This document shows positions 62,301 to 64,000 of a stretch of 64,000 nucleotides of DNA, piece by piece (within the stretch, counting starts at the first letter, position 1; each line of letters starts with the position of its first letter). Under the pieces are notes generated by a model that was given only the letters and a program-made list of their open reading frames with translations, searched no databases and was not told the DNA's origin. The stretch is from Yuukianura sp. NJ FZ-2021 (lineage: Eukaryota). The position numbers and the translations under genes are program-made. The stretch covers positions 1,116,001 to 1,180,000 of the forward strand of contig JAJCTO010000010.1 in the NCBI GenBank assembly GCA_046563655.1, in the 5' to 3' direction.

Positions 62301-64000
62301 ACGTTCCGAGGTCATTCTGTCAATGAAAGTTCATATCATTAACAAATGCTACATGAGTCCTCCCGGATGAAGAAAAATTACCTCGAAATAGACTTTTTTA
62401 ACGGAGAAAATTGAAAGCACTAATATGGCATCTTTCAAAAATTAAGCGTCAACTTAACCCAGTGAGATAGATATCGTGACTTGCTCGTTCCGAGGTCATT
62501 CTGTCAATGAAAGTGTCACATTTTTAACAAATGCTACATGAGTCCTCCTGGATCAATAAAACTTACCTCGAAATAGACTTTTTAACATAGAAAATTGAAA
62601 GCACTAGTATGGCATCTTACAAAAATTAAGCGTCAACTTAACCCAGTGAGATAGATATCGTGACTTGCACGTTCCGAGGTCATTCTGTCAATGAAAGTTC
62701 ACATCACTAACAAATGCTACATGAGTCCTCCTGGATCAAGAAAACTTACCTCGAAATAGACTCTTTAATAGAGAAAATTGAAAGCACTAGTATGGCATCT
62801 TACAAAAATTAAGCGTCAACTTAACCCAGTGAGATAGATATCGTGACTTGCACGTTCCGAGGTCATTCTGTCAATGAAAGTTCATATCATTAACAAATGC
62901 TACATGAGTCCTCCTGGATCAAGAAAACTTACCTCGAAATAGACTCTTTAATAGAGAAAATTGAAAGCACTAGTATGGCATCTTTCAAAAATTAAGCGTC
63001 AACTTAACCCAGTGAGATAGATATCGTGACTTGCACGTTCCGAGGTCATTCTGTCAATGAAAGTTCACATCACTAACAAATGCTACATGAGTCCTCCTGG
63101 ATCAAGAAAACTTACCTCGAAATAGACTCTTTAATAGAGAAAATTGAAAGCACTAGTATGGCATCTTACAAAAATTAAGCGTCAACTTAACCCAGTGAGA
63201 TAGATATCGTGACTTGCACGTTCCGAGGTCATTCTGTCAATGAAAGTTCATATCATTAACAAATGCTACATGAGTCCTCCCGGATGAAGAAAAATTACCT
63301 CGAAATAGACTTTTTAACGGAGAAAATTGAAAGCACTAATATGGCATCTTTCAAAAATTAAGCGTCAACTTAACCCAGTGAGATAGATATCGTGACTTGC
63401 TCGTTCCGAGGTCATTCTGTCAATGAAAGTGTCACATCTTTAACAAATGCTACATGAGTCCTCCTGGATCAAGAAAACTTACCTCGAAATAGACTTTTTA
63501 ACAGAGAAAATTGAAAGTACTAGTATAGCATCTTACAAAAATTAAGCGTCAACTTAACCCAGTGAGATAGATATCGTGACTTGCACGTTCCGAGGTCATG
63601 AAAGTTCATATCATTAACAAATGCTACATGAGTCCTCCTGGATGAAGAAAAATTACCTCGAAATAGACTTTTTTAACGGAGAAAATTGAAAGCACTAATA
63701 TGGCATCTTACAAAAATTAAGCGTCAACTTAACCCAGTGAGATAGATATCGTGACTTGCACGTTCCGAGGTCATTCTGTCAATGAAAGTTCACATCATTA
63801 ATAAATGCTACATGAGTCCTCCTGGATCAAGAAGACTTACCTCGAAATAGACTTTTTAACATAGAAAATTGAAAGCACTAGTATGGCATCTTACAAAAAT
63901 TAAGCGTCAACTTAACCCAGTGAGATAGATATCGTGACTTGCACGTTCCGAGGTCATTCTGTCAATGAAAGTTCACATCACTAACAAATGCTACATGAGT
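53353..64000. repeat. Satellite B: tandem array of a ~183-bp monomer (~58 monomers, runs off the window end)
   Basis: GAGGTCATTCTGTC recurs at 53353, 53536, 53719 and 53902 (period 183). Small indel variants occur. No visible similarity to satellite A. Confidence 0.98.

Overview
Eukaryotic, probably invertebrate, satellite-rich heterochromatin. No host gene is recognisable. From left to right: (i) the 3' half of a Bel/Pao LTR retrotransposon (1-9738). Its RT is interrupted by a 5.8-kb element (442-6244) with ~1.45-kb terminal inverted repeats (TIRs), 5'-AG...CT-3' ends and a 6-bp TSD (GGTGCC), which are Polinton/Maverick hallmarks. That element carries only a basic ORF and a frameshifted Maverick-type major capsid gene. 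(ii) A ~37-kb array of a 253-bp satellite (9739-47192). It contains a Penelope-like element with an intact RT+GIY-YIG ORF and hammerhead-like motifs, plus two 5'-truncated CR1/L2-group LINE copies at the same monomer position. (iii) A second, distantly related 6.2-kb TIR element (47193-53352) encoding minor capsid, a basic ORF and major capsid only. It has no TSD, has diverged TIRs and sits exactly at the boundary with (iv) a different ~183-bp satellite (53353-64000). The most notable candidate system is the pair of ~6-kb 'capsid-only' mini-Mavericks lacking polymerase, integrase, ATPase and protease; one of them appears to join two unrelated satellite arrays. All family assignments come from recognising motifs by eye; no database search was run.
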